The position numbers were made by a program, and so were the translations under genes. Shown here one piece after another: positions 37,500 to 46,724 of a stretch of DNA of 64,000 nt (position 1 is its first letter; the number at the start of each line of letters is the position of its first letter). Under the pieces are notes generated by a model. The model had not been told where the DNA came from and made no database searches. It worked only from the letters and a program-made list of their open reading frames with translations. This DNA comes from Deinococcales bacterium (lineage in GTDB: Bacteria > Deinococcota > Deinococci > Deinococcales > JAAFIG01): positions 694-64,693 of the forward strand of contig JAAFJQ010000003.1 in the NCBI GenBank assembly GCA_013298185.1. Reading direction: 5' to 3'.

Positions 37500-39605
37500 A
37501 TGACGAGCGTGAAATCGCGCATTTTAACCGCCGCCATAGCTGTGGCCGCTTTGGCAGGGGTCGCCAATGGTCAACGCATTGGCATGTACCCACTCGAGAC
37601 AACCGATCAGGCTTTGGCTTTGGCAGTACCAACTGCCGTAGGACGCAGCTTAGAAACCATTGATGGCGCGATTTTCCCAGCCCCACAGGATTTATTTACT
37701 GCGGTGCGGACCCGTCCGGCTTTTCAAGCCACGCTTGATAAAGTGTTTTCCTTGGATGCCTTGGTCAGCGGTAAACTCGAGGGAACAGCCGGTGCTTACA
37801 CAGTTACCTACACCATCAGACGCGGCACAGCCACCCAGAACATCGTGGCTCGAGGCGCGGATTTTGCAGCTTTGGTACGCGCCAGCAACCTTGGGCTGGT
37901 TGGTGCATTGGGCTTAAAGCCAACAGCTCTGGACAGTCAAGAACTGGCTTCTGTGGAACGTGCTTTACCAGCAGCTGATGTGGTCACTGCCAGCACTGCA
38001 CCGGGGGTTGACGCCAATAAAGCCATCCTCGAGAAAGCAGGCGCAAACCCTTGGGCGCTGGCAGCTCGGGCTTTGGTTTTGGTTGGTTCAGGCAAAAACG
38101 ATGATGCGATTACCCTGATTCAACCAGCCGTGCGAGCTGCTGCCAACGATCCTTTTGTTCAAGCCAGCAATATCGTGGCACTGGTTTCGGCACGTAAAAA
38201 CCCAGAAACCAAAGCGGCATTGGCGGCTGCCTTTAAGATCAATCCTGCCAAACCAGAACTGCATTATCTTAATGGGCGTTACTTATTGCGCTCGGCAACA
38301 CCTGTCACCCAAGCCATCGCCCAAAGTGCTTTGGATGCGTTGCAACTGGCATTGCAATACAACCCACGTTACTTTGAAGCCGCTGTTTCTGCCGCCGATA
38401 TTCTCGAGCAGTACGGCAATGCCGAACGAGCCGTGAATGTTCTGACTGGCATGGTGGCTCGGATGCCCGACGATGCTGGTCTGCACAACCGCGTGCTGGA
38501 TACCTTGCTTGACACCGACCGCGATGGTGCGGTCAGTTACCTCCAAGAAGTGATTAAAACCTATCCCGATGTTCCAGATACGGTTTACGGGCTGAGTCAG
38601 CGTTTACTGGACACCGATGCTGCCAATGCCTTGGTTGCGGCTGGGGAGCAACGCTACCCGCGCAGTGCAGTGCTGGCTTTGGTGCGAGGTTTCTTGCTCG
38701 AGCGGGTTGGTAGTTACGATTTAGCCATAGCAGCGTATCGTCAAAGTGTCGAACGCGACCCAAGTCTACTGCGAGCCAACCTGAACATGGCTGGAGCATT
38801 TTCTAAACTCGGGCGTTTTGATGATGCCGAAGCTGCGCTTAAATTGGCTTCGCCAAGCAACGACCAAAAATTACTGGCGCGAATGTACTTACAAACAGGT
38901 CGGCTTGACCGCGCCAAAACAGTTCTGGCAAAATTACCACAAACCGATTTTGACGTGGTTTACATGAACGGTGTGATTGCCCTGCGCGAATACCGCGCCG
39001 ATGATGCAGCTCGGCTTTTGGATGCGGCTTCTAAAATTGCTGGCATCAGTGCCGGTCAAACCCAGCAAGTCAGGGCATCCCTGACCGAAGTACCTGATTC
39101 GCGTCGTTTAGGAGCGCCAAAACTCACCGGAGACGCACTGTATCAATTTCGTTTAGGACAGGCATTGATTGATGCAGGCAACATGCTCGAGGCGGTCAGT
39201 GCCTTTAACCGCGCTGTGAAAACCGCACCAACCGATGTTCACACGCTTTTGTACCGAGGCATTGCGCTCTTAGCCACCGCCGACCCTGATGATGCTCGAG
39301 ATGCCTTTGTTGATTTGGCAAAAATTGCGCCAAATAACCCAATGGTGCAAACCTATTTGGCAGTCGCAGAATTAGGACGAGGACGTTTTGACCTCGCCAT
39401 AGAAGCTGCCCAAAAAGCCATTGCACTGGATAAAAACTATGCTCGAGGTTTTTATATTTTAGGCACAATTTACTTTCAGCAATGGGCGCTATTCGGTACA
39501 GCTTCGGATGTCACTGCTGCTCGAGATGCGTTTCAGCGTTGTGTCGCAGCCGATAGCAATTTCCGTGGACTGGTTGAATTACGTTTAAGTGTTATGCCGA
39601 AGTAA
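37500..39605 (+). CDS. secreted TPR-repeat protein
   Basis: 701 aa. Signal peptide ILTAAIAVAALAGVANGQ and many TPR-like A/L/Y/G/P repeats. Confidence 0.7.
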   Translation: MTSVKSRILTAAIAVAALAGVANGQRIGMYPLETTDQALALAVPTAVGRSLETIDGAIFPAPQDLFTAVRTRPAFQATLDKVFSLDALVSGKLEGTAGAYTVTYTIRRGTATQNIVARGADFAALVRASNLGLVGALGLKPTALDSQELASVERALPAADVVTASTAPGVDANKAILEKAGANPWALAARALVLVGSGKNDDAITLIQPAVRAAANDPFVQASNIVALVSARKNPETKAALAAAFKINPAKPELHYLNGRYLLRSATPVTQAIAQSALDALQLALQYNPRYFEAAVSAADILEQYGNAERAVNVLTGMVARMPDDAGLHNRVLDTLLDTDRDGAVSYLQEVIKTYPDVPDTVYGLSQRLLDTDAANALVAAGEQRYPRSAVLALVRGFLLERVGSYDLAIAAYRQSVERDPSLLRANLNMAGAFSKLGRFDDAEAALKLASPSNDQKLLARMYLQTGRLDRAKTVLAKLPQTDFDVVYMNGVIALREYRADDAARLLDAASKIAGISAGQTQQVRASLTEVPDSRRLGAPKLTGDALYQFRLGQALIDAGNMLEAVSAFNRAVKTAPTDVHTLLYRGIALLATADPDDARDAFVDLAKIAPNNPMVQTYLAVAELGRGRFDLAIEAAQKAIALDKNYARGFYILGTIYFQQWALFGTASDVTAARDAFQRCVAADSNFRGLVELRLSVMPK

Positions 39606-39684
39606 GTTCGGTTTTTTTTGTGATTGAAATAAATTTTCAAATCAGAACACCAAATCCCAAGCATTTGCACATGGATTTGGTGTT

Positions 39685-41181
39685 TTGTCTTATGCTAAAC
39701 CCATGATTGGCAAATTGGTGATGGTGGATATTCCCGATCCACAGCTTAGCGAAGCAACCCGAATTCATCTAAGTCGTTTTCAACCTGGCGGAATTATTTT
39801 ATTTCGCAAGAACCTAATTGATGCTGCCCAAGCCCAAAATTTGGTTCTCGAGTTAAAAGCCTTACTTGGCAACGACCTGCTGATTGCGATTGACATGGAA
39901 GGCGGCGGAGTTTGGCGTACCAATTTTTTGCCGTATGCGCCAAGTGCCATGAATTTAGGAGCTTCCAATGACCCAGCTTTGGCTCGAGCCATTGGTGCTT
40001 TGGTAGGACGCGGTTTACGCAGCTTGGGCATCAATTGGAATTTTGCTCCTGTGCTGGATGTAAACAACAACCCTGCCAATCCCGTGATTTCTGATCGCAG
40101 TTTTGGCGAGAACCCAAAACAAGTCTCGGCGCTTGGCATGGCTTGGGCAGAAGGGCTGATGGAAGCTGGTGTGGCAGCTTGCGCTAAGCATTTCCCCGGG
40201 CATGGCGACACACACCTGGATTCGCATTTGGCATTACCCACCGTGACCAGAAACCTCGAGGGTCTGGAAGAATACGAACTCGTACCCTTTCGAGCAGCTG
40301 TGGCACAAAGCCTGCCCAGCATCATGACAGCACATATTATTTACCCTGCCATAGACCCAGATTTCCCCGCGACCTTATCGAAAAAAATCTTAACTGGTTT
40401 GCTGCGTGAACGCGCCAATTACCAAGGCGTGATTGTCACCGACAGCATGGGCATGGACGCGATAGATAAAAACTATGGGCGCGGCGAAGCGGCTGTGCTG
40501 AGCATTCAAGCTGGTGCGGACATGATCGAAGCCCTTGGTAGCCAAGCCTCGCAGGAAAAAACCTTTTTGGCACTCGAGGCGGCAGTGCAGAACAATGAAA
40601 TTTCAAAACAACGCATCGAAGAAAGCCTTGCACGCCTACAAAAACTGGCTCAGCGCTTTCCAATTGCGCCGCTCGAGTATAGCCAAAATCAGCAGGATTT
40701 GGATTCTAAAACCATGCAAGCTGCGTGGCAACGCGGCATTGTGGCGTATCAAAACCCAAGTCTGCCTGAGCTGGGTACAAACCTAACATTGCTGGTTGCC
40801 ACCGAAGAGCAAAGCCATAATGTCTCTGAACTTGGCATCAGCGGCTCGAGCTTAGCAGCTGCTCTAGGCAATCTGTACCAACTCGAAACGATTTTGTATG
40901 ACCACAAAAACCCATTGGCTGCCCTCGAGTTGCTTCAAAATACCAAGCACCCGATTATTTTTGCCAGCACCAGCCGTAGGCGCTTAAGCGAGGAGGTCAA
41001 AACCTTGGTGAAAGCCGCTCATCCGACGCTGCACTTGGCACTTTGGAATGCCTATAACGTGCTGGATGTTCCTGCCCCAGCTTTAATAACCTTTGGCTAC
41101 CGCCCAGAAGCCATTGCTGCCCTGCTCGAGGTGTTGCGCGGACAGGCACAAATCACAGGTCAAGCGCCAATTCAACTTTAA
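39685..41181 (+). CDS. nagZ: GH3 beta-N-acetylhexosaminidase (NagZ-like) with a C-terminal extension
   Basis: IDMEGGGVWR and KHFPGHGDTHLDSH. The start may be the ATG at 39703. Confidence 0.85.
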   Translation: MSYAKPMIGKLVMVDIPDPQLSEATRIHLSRFQPGGIILFRKNLIDAAQAQNLVLELKALLGNDLLIAIDMEGGGVWRTNFLPYAPSAMNLGASNDPALARAIGALVGRGLRSLGINWNFAPVLDVNNNPANPVISDRSFGENPKQVSALGMAWAEGLMEAGVAACAKHFPGHGDTHLDSHLALPTVTRNLEGLEEYELVPFRAAVAQSLPSIMTAHIIYPAIDPDFPATLSKKILTGLLRERANYQGVIVTDSMGMDAIDKNYGRGEAAVLSIQAGADMIEALGSQASQEKTFLALEAAVQNNEISKQRIEESLARLQKLAQRFPIAPLEYSQNQQDLDSKTMQAAWQRGIVAYQNPSLPELGTNLTLLVATEEQSHNVSELGISGSSLAAALGNLYQLETILYDHKNPLAALELLQNTKHPIIFASTSRRRLSEEVKTLVKAAHPTLHLALWNAYNVLDVPAPALITFGYRPEAIAALLEVLRGQAQITGQAPIQL

Positions 41182-41188
41182 CTTGGTG

Positions 41189-42358
41189 TTAAAAACGCTT
41201 CAACCATTCTCGAGCAATAATCACTTGCTGAATTTCACTCGAGCCTTCGCCAATTCGCATCAGGCGAGCGTCACGCCAGTAGCGCTCGACAGGATATTCT
41301 TTGCTATAACCATAACCGCCATGAATCTGAATCGCATGGTCGCAGGCTGCCACAGCCACTTCGGAGGCGTAGAACTTGGCTTGGGCTGCCTCGAGGGTGT
41401 ATGGGCGGTGTGCGTCGCGCAGACTGGCGGCTTTCAGGGTCAGCAATCTGGCTGCCTCGAGTTGAGTTGCCATCTCGGCAATCTTAAAAGCAATACCTTG
41501 AAATTCAGCGATGGGTTTATCAAATTGTTTGCGCTCGAGCGCGTATCTGCTGCTGGCTTCGAGGGCAGCTCGTCCTAAACCAAGGCTGATGGCGGCAATG
41601 CCAATGCGCCCGCCATCCAAAACCCGCATCACATCCTTAAAACCTTGTCCCCTTGTGCCAAGCAAGGCGTGAGACGGCACAAACATCTCCTCAAAGATCA
41701 GCATGGCGGTGTCTGAGGAATTTAAGCCCAGTTTTTCTTCTTTGCGCCCAATCACCAAGCCCTTGGTTTCTCGAGGTAACACAAAAGCGCTTAAGCCATC
41801 GGTTTTGCTTTTATCTGGTCTTGGTGGGTCGGTGCGGGCATTGATCACATACGTACCTGCCACGCTGCCTTGGGTGATGAAAATTTTTGAGCCATTTAAT
41901 ACAAAGCCACCCTCAACTTCTTTGGCATGGGTTTGCATGGCTCCGCTGTCCGAGCCACTGCTTGGTTCGGTTAAGCCCCAAGCCCCCAAAGTCTTGGCAC
42001 TGGACAGGTCTGGTAGGTATTGGGCTTTTTGTTCGGCTGTTCCAGCCAGCAGAATATGCCCTGTGCAGAGCGAATTATGCGAGGCTACCGTCAGCGCCAA
42101 GCTACCATCTGCCGCCGCGATTTCCTCGAGCAGCAGCGCAAAAGTGGTGCTGGGTAAGTTGCTACCGCCGTACTCTTCGGGGGTTTGTGCGCCCATGATG
42201 CCAAGTTCAGCCAGTTGCTTCACCAGCTCAAAGGGAAATTCATGGGTTTTGTCTCGAGTGGCGGCGCTTGGAGCGACTTCGCGGCGCAGAAAATCACGCA
42301 GGGTTTGCAGCATGTCTTGCTGCTCTTGGCTGGGTTCAAAGAACAAAGGTTGGGTCAT
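41189..42358 (-). CDS. acyl-CoA dehydrogenase
   Basis: 389 aa. [10 protein letters not shown], the FAD-binding region and C-terminal IGEGSSEIQ. Confidence 0.92.
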   Translation of the reverse strand: MTQPLFFEPSQEQQDMLQTLRDFLRREVAPSAATRDKTHEFPFELVKQLAELGIMGAQTPEEYGGSNLPSTTFALLLEEIAAADGSLALTVASHNSLCTGHILLAGTAEQKAQYLPDLSSAKTLGAWGLTEPSSGSDSGAMQTHAKEVEGGFVLNGSKIFITQGSVAGTYVINARTDPPRPDKSKTDGLSAFVLPRETKGLVIGRKEEKLGLNSSDTAMLIFEEMFVPSHALLGTRGQGFKDVMRVLDGGRIGIAAISLGLGRAALEASSRYALERKQFDKPIAEFQGIAFKIAEMATQLEAARLLTLKAASLRDAHRPYTLEAAQAKFYASEVAVAACDHAIQIHGGYGYSKEYPVERYWRDARLMRIGEGSSEIQQVIIAREWLKRF

Positions 42359-42527
42359 ACCAAAAGCATAACACTTTTTAAGTGCATCTGTAAAAAATCG
42401 TCATACGATAAACTCGATTCCTGCATAGATTTGGTCTAATTCAGGCTCGTTTCAAAACATGGAATATCGAACTCGCCTGTATTTTTGATTTTGTGTTTTC
42501 TATAGACTTTTGCGGTAAACTCTGCAC

Positions 42528-43769
42528 ATGGCGCATCGTGTCGTGATAACTGGACTTGGACCTGTAACCCCAATTGGGATTGGAGCAACCGCTTTTCATC
42601 AAGCGCAACTGGCTGGCAAAAGTGGCGCTGGGTACATCAAAAAATTTGATACCAGCAAACTGCGTTGTCATTTTGCTGCCGAAGTGGACATTAACTTCAC
42701 CGATTATGGTTTGGATCTCAGGGAACTCAAACGCATGGATCGGTACGTGCATCTGACCCTTGTGGCAGCCGAACTGGCGCGGCTCGACTCGGGTCTCGAG
42801 TTATCGCAACTCGAGGGTTCAGAGGTCGGCACACTGATTGGCACAGGCATTGGTGGCATGGAAACCTTTGAAAACCAAACTCGAGTCATGGTTGAACGTG
42901 GCGCAGACCGCCTTAGCCCATTTTTTATTCCAATGATGATTGCCAACATGGCTTCTGGACAAGTCGCCATGCGCTATGGCAGCACAGGAGTCTCGAGCAG
43001 TGTGGTCACGGCATGTAGCACCAGCACGGTTGCTCTGCACGATGCCTACCACTTCCTCAACCGAGGCGACTGCCAAGTGATGATTGTTGGCGGCGCAGAA
43101 GCCGCCGTGACCCCACTGTCAATTGGTGCATTCGGCAACATGGGAGCGCTCTCTACCCGCAATGACGACCCCGCCACTGCCAGCCGACCATTTACCAAAT
43201 CTCGAGATGGCTTTGTCATGGGCGAAGGGGCTGGGGTACTGATTCTCGAGACGTTAGAACACGCCCAAAAACGCGGTGCAAGAATTTATGGCGAAATGCT
43301 CGGGGCTGGGCTTGCCGCCGATGCCTTTCACATCACTGCCCCAGCTCCCGAAGGGCGAGGCTATGTGATGGCAATTGAACGTGCGCTTAGAAACGCCAAA
43401 GTCAATGCTGACCAAATTGGTTATGCCAACCTGCACGGCACCAGCACCCCAATGAATGATTTGGCAGAAACCCAAGGGGTCAAAACCGTCTTTGGTGAAC
43501 ATGCCAAGAAACTGGCGACCAGCAGCACCAAATCCATGACCGGACACCTCCTCGGCGCGGCTGGCGCAGTCGAAGCGATTGCTACCCTTCAAGCCCTGCA
43601 CACGGGCATCCTGCCCCCAACCATCAACTACATTGACCCAGACCCAGAGCTTGATTTGGACTACATTCCCAACACCCCAAAAGAACAGCAAGTCGAATAC
43701 GCCATTTCAAACTCCAACGCCTTCGGCGGTCAAAACGCTGTCGCGGTGTTTAAGCGCTTCGCGCAGTAA
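42528..43769 (+). CDS. fabF: 3-oxoacyl-ACP synthase II
   Basis: 413 aa. Active-site ACSTS, HGTSTP and NSNAFGGQN. Confidence 0.95.
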   Translation: MAHRVVITGLGPVTPIGIGATAFHQAQLAGKSGAGYIKKFDTSKLRCHFAAEVDINFTDYGLDLRELKRMDRYVHLTLVAAELARLDSGLELSQLEGSEVGTLIGTGIGGMETFENQTRVMVERGADRLSPFFIPMMIANMASGQVAMRYGSTGVSSSVVTACSTSTVALHDAYHFLNRGDCQVMIVGGAEAAVTPLSIGAFGNMGALSTRNDDPATASRPFTKSRDGFVMGEGAGVLILETLEHAQKRGARIYGEMLGAGLAADAFHITAPAPEGRGYVMAIERALRNAKVNADQIGYANLHGTSTPMNDLAETQGVKTVFGEHAKKLATSSTKSMTGHLLGAAGAVEAIATLQALHTGILPPTINYIDPDPELDLDYIPNTPKEQQVEYAISNSNAFGGQNAVAVFKRFAQ

Positions 43770-43779
43770 AAAGGTCAAA

Positions 43780-43819
43780 GGTAAAAGAGGAAAGCAGCTC
43801 AATGCTTTCCTCTTTTACC
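43780..43819. terminator. 16-bp hairpin built from purine/pyrimidine heptamer arrays between the convergent fabF and terC genes
   Basis: GGTAAAAGAGGAAAGC, loop AGCTCAAT, then GCTTTCCTCTTTTACC, followed by a T-rich tract. Confidence 0.6.
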
Positions 43820-43840
43820 TTTCTTCTTTCCTCTAATCTC

Positions 43841-44848
43841 TCAATCGCCTGCGTGTGGTTTTTTCTCGAGACTCGAGTCACCAGGGCGCTTGGCGGTCTT
43901 AATCAAGCTGGCAATCACACTGATGGCAAGGATGCTGACAATCACACCAAGCGAAACGGCGGTGGGGATTTTGATGCTTTCACCAAGAATCCATTTGGAG
44001 ACATCGGGCATCAAGAGCTTGACACCAACAAAGCTAAGAATCACAGCCAAACCAGTTTTCAGGTAAACAAAGCGATCCACAATGTCGGCTAATAAGAAGT
44101 ACAAGCTGCGTAAACCAAGAATTGCCATGACATTTGATGTAAAGACAATAAACGGGTCTTGGGTGATCGCAAAGATGGCAGGAATGCTATCCACCGCAAA
44201 AATCAAATCGGTGAACTCAATGAACACCAGCACCAAGAACAGTGGAGTTGCCATACGAACGCCATTTTCGACGGTAAAGAACTTTTGACCATCGTAGTTA
44301 TCAGAAACCTTGAAAAAGCGCTTGGCGAGCTTAATGGCTGGGTTTTTGTCCATATCCACATGGGCTTCGGATTCTTTTTGGGTCAGCATCTTGATGCCCG
44401 TGTACAGCAAAAACACACCGAAGACAATCAAGATCCAGTGGAATTCTTTAATCAGCGCCGAACCCAAGCCAATCATCGCACCACGCATGACGAGCGCACC
44501 CAAAATGCCCCAGAACAAAACACGGTGGCGGTATTGCGGTGGCACTTTGAAATAACCAAAGACCAGCACAAAGACAAAGATGTTATCCACCGCCAAGCTA
44601 TACTCGACCACATAGCCAGTCAGCCATTCAAAGCCTTTTTGTTGCCCCTGCCAAAGAAAAATAACTGCCGCAAAAGCCAAACCAAGCGTCACCCAGACGG
44701 TTGTCCAAATGGCAGCTTCTTTGACACTGACGACATGGGCTTTTTTATTAAAAACCCCTAAATCAAGTGCCAGCACACCCAGCACACCCGCTAAAAAAGC
44801 CACCCAAACCCAGAGTGGCACGACGATATTGGCAACAGCGTTTTCCAT
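43841..44848 (-). CDS. TerC-family integral membrane protein
   Basis: The ATG at 44848 follows an AAGGGG RBS. The protein has multiple TM segments, with DNIFVF and AVDSIPA TerC motifs. Confidence 0.85.
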   Translation of the reverse strand: MENAVANIVVPLWVWVAFLAGVLGVLALDLGVFNKKAHVVSVKEAAIWTTVWVTLGLAFAAVIFLWQGQQKGFEWLTGYVVEYSLAVDNIFVFVLVFGYFKVPPQYRHRVLFWGILGALVMRGAMIGLGSALIKEFHWILIVFGVFLLYTGIKMLTQKESEAHVDMDKNPAIKLAKRFFKVSDNYDGQKFFTVENGVRMATPLFLVLVFIEFTDLIFAVDSIPAIFAITQDPFIVFTSNVMAILGLRSLYFLLADIVDRFVYLKTGLAVILSFVGVKLLMPDVSKWILGESIKIPTAVSLGVIVSILAISVIASLIKTAKRPGDSSLEKKPHAGD

Positions 44849-44864
44849 CAAAGACCCCTTTTCT

Positions 44865-44970
44865 TTGATGAGTCTCGCCCTTTTCTTGCGCGCCGGAATT
44901 CTGACCCCATAGAAAGAATTCGTACTGACGACCACGCAAACCCCGTTTGGGGTGGCTACTCCCTCAACAA
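44865..44970 (-). promoter_or_regulatory. candidate yybP-ykoY (Mn2+) riboswitch in the terC leader
   Basis: The gene strand reads UUGAGGGAGUAGCC...GGGCGAGACUCAUCAA. The GGAGUAG and GAGAC conserved cores are flanked by pairing UGAG/CUCA, with two internal hairpins. TerC genes are classic targets of this riboswitch. Confidence 0.55.
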
Positions 44971-45210
44971 CTTATGTATTGTGACTTATTGGCTATACTT
45001 TGCAGTTGATAAACAGACATTTTTGTTCAGAGCCTGACTTTATACTGTGACAGACGAATTGAATCAATATCCAAAAAAAGTACAGCATATCCTCGAGACA
45101 AGCTATTTCTCTCGAGCCTAACAAATCAAATTCAATTTTTTCAACCTCGAGTTTTGGTCTGTCACTGGCTGCGTACACCCTTCTCGAGAACACCGTCTGC
45201 AATTGCTTTT

Positions 45211-45262
45211 CTCAAAGCTCAAAGCTCAAAGCCCATAGCTCATAGCTCATAGCTCATAGCCC
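45211..45262. repeat. longest heptanucleotide array (7 units); it supplies the last two codons and the stop of the GH1 gene
   Basis: The gene strand reads GGG-CTA-TGA-GCTATGAGCTATGAGCTATGGGCTTTGAGCTTTGAGCTTTGAG. Confidence 0.9.
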
Positions 45263-46666
45263 AACAATAAAATCCCGATACCACGCCCCACTGCTTTTCA
45301 ACGTTCGCTGCTGCGTGGCAAAATCCACATGGTACAAACCAAAGCGCTGGCTATAGCCTTCTGCCCATTCAAAATTATCGAGCAATGACCAGCAAAAATA
45401 TCCCTCGAGTGGAATACCTTGTTCAATCAGCAAAGCACACTGCTCGAGGTGAAGTTCTAGGTAACGCCTGCGTTCAGGGTCGTGAACAGCCCCATCGCGC
45501 ATTTCGTCTGGATACGCCGCGCCGTTCTCGGTAATGAAGATGTGTTTTGGCGCATAATCCAAATGCACTTTCTCGAGTTGCTGGTATAAACCTTTTGGGT
45601 AGACCTCCCAACCAAACCCTGTGGTTGGGTTTCCTCGAGCGGCTTCGGGAATAATTTCTACGGGCATTCCTGCAAATTGCAACAAAGCCGCCACGCCTTC
45701 TGCGGTCGAATTGGCTTTTGGGGTTTGTACCAAGTAGCGAAAATAATAGTTGACGCCCAGAAAATCCAGTGGCTGAGCAATAGTTGGTAGGTCATCAGTG
45801 AAGTTTTCTGGCAAAGCTGGCAAAAAAGCCTCGAGTTCAGGTGGGTAATGTCCTTTGTAAATCGGGTCGGCAAACAGTCGGTTCATCAGCGCATCAAGGG
45901 CATTAGCTGCAAAAACATCTTCACTCGAGTCGGTGACAGGTTCAACGTAACTCATGGACAAGGCAATGCCCACGGGGGTCTTACAAGCCTCACGGATACC
46001 CTGCACTGCCAAGCCATGCGCCAGAAGTGCATGGTGCGCCACCCGAAACGCCAGACTTAAATCCGTATGTCCGGGTGCGTGCTGCCCAGTCACATGCCCA
46101 AGCATGGTAAACACCAAAGGCTCGTTAAGGGTAATGATTCCTTCGACTCGAGAACCAAAGTGCTGTGCCATCAGATGCGCGTACTCAGCAAAACGCAACG
46201 CCGTATCCCGATTTGCCCAGCCGCCGCGTGATTCCGAATCTCGAGTCTCCTCGAGGGCTTGAGGTAAATCCCAATGGTACAAAGTCATGAACGGCGCTAT
46301 TCCCGCCTCGAGCAGCGCATCGAGCAGTTGGTCATAAAAAGCAATGCCTTTCGGGTTAGGCTTACCCTTGCCGTTTGGTTGGATTCTCGACCACGCCGCG
46401 CTAAAACGATACGCATTGGTGTTCAGGGCTTGCATCAGGCGGACATCATCTTTGAAGCGGTGGTAATGGTCGCAGGCAAAGTCGCCCGTATCGGCATTGT
46501 GGATTTTGTTTTTGGTGTGGGCAAAGGTATCCCAAATCGAAGTGCCTTTGCCATCCTCGAGAACCGCACCTTCGATTTGATAAGCAGCTGTGGCAGTTCC
46601 CCAGAAGAAGTTTTTCGGAAATTTTTCTCGCATGGTTTTATTGTACTCGAGTGGCGTGGTTTTCAT
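45254..46666 (-). CDS. GH1 beta-glucosidase (second copy)
   Basis: The ATG at 46666 lies just after the slpA terminator. FFWGTATAAYQIEGA, TLNEPL and ITENGA. Confidence 0.9.
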   Translation of the reverse strand: MKTTPLEYNKTMREKFPKNFFWGTATAAYQIEGAVLEDGKGTSIWDTFAHTKNKIHNADTGDFACDHYHRFKDDVRLMQALNTNAYRFSAAWSRIQPNGKGKPNPKGIAFYDQLLDALLEAGIAPFMTLYHWDLPQALEETRDSESRGGWANRDTALRFAEYAHLMAQHFGSRVEGIITLNEPLVFTMLGHVTGQHAPGHTDLSLAFRVAHHALLAHGLAVQGIREACKTPVGIALSMSYVEPVTDSSEDVFAANALDALMNRLFADPIYKGHYPPELEAFLPALPENFTDDLPTIAQPLDFLGVNYYFRYLVQTPKANSTAEGVAALLQFAGMPVEIIPEAARGNPTTGFGWEVYPKGLYQQLEKVHLDYAPKHIFITENGAAYPDEMRDGAVHDPERRRYLELHLEQCALLIEQGIPLEGYFCWSLLDNFEWAEGYSQRFGLYHVDFATQQRTLKSSGAWYRDFIVGL

Positions 46667-46680
46667 GTACTCGAGAATTG

Positions 46681-46704
46681 AAAAACCCCCGCTTTTGGCG
46701 GGGG
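46681..46704 (-). terminator. intrinsic terminator of slpA
   Basis: The gene strand reads CCCCCGC-CAAAA-GCGGGGG-TTTTT, 20 nt after the TAA stop. Confidence 0.8.
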
Positions 46705-46724
46705 TCTTGAACTCGAGTTCTGGT

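Noticed and set aside
41703-42371. 222-aa ORF on the plus strand.
   Set aside because: It lies entirely antisense to the well-supported acyl-CoA dehydrogenase gene. Its composition is Ser/Ala/Pro-rich with no motifs.
45211-45262. Heptamer arrays and purine arrays considered as CRISPR arrays.
   Set aside because: The units are 7 nt long and directly tandem, with no spacers. No cas genes are present. They are short tandem repeats, not CRISPR.
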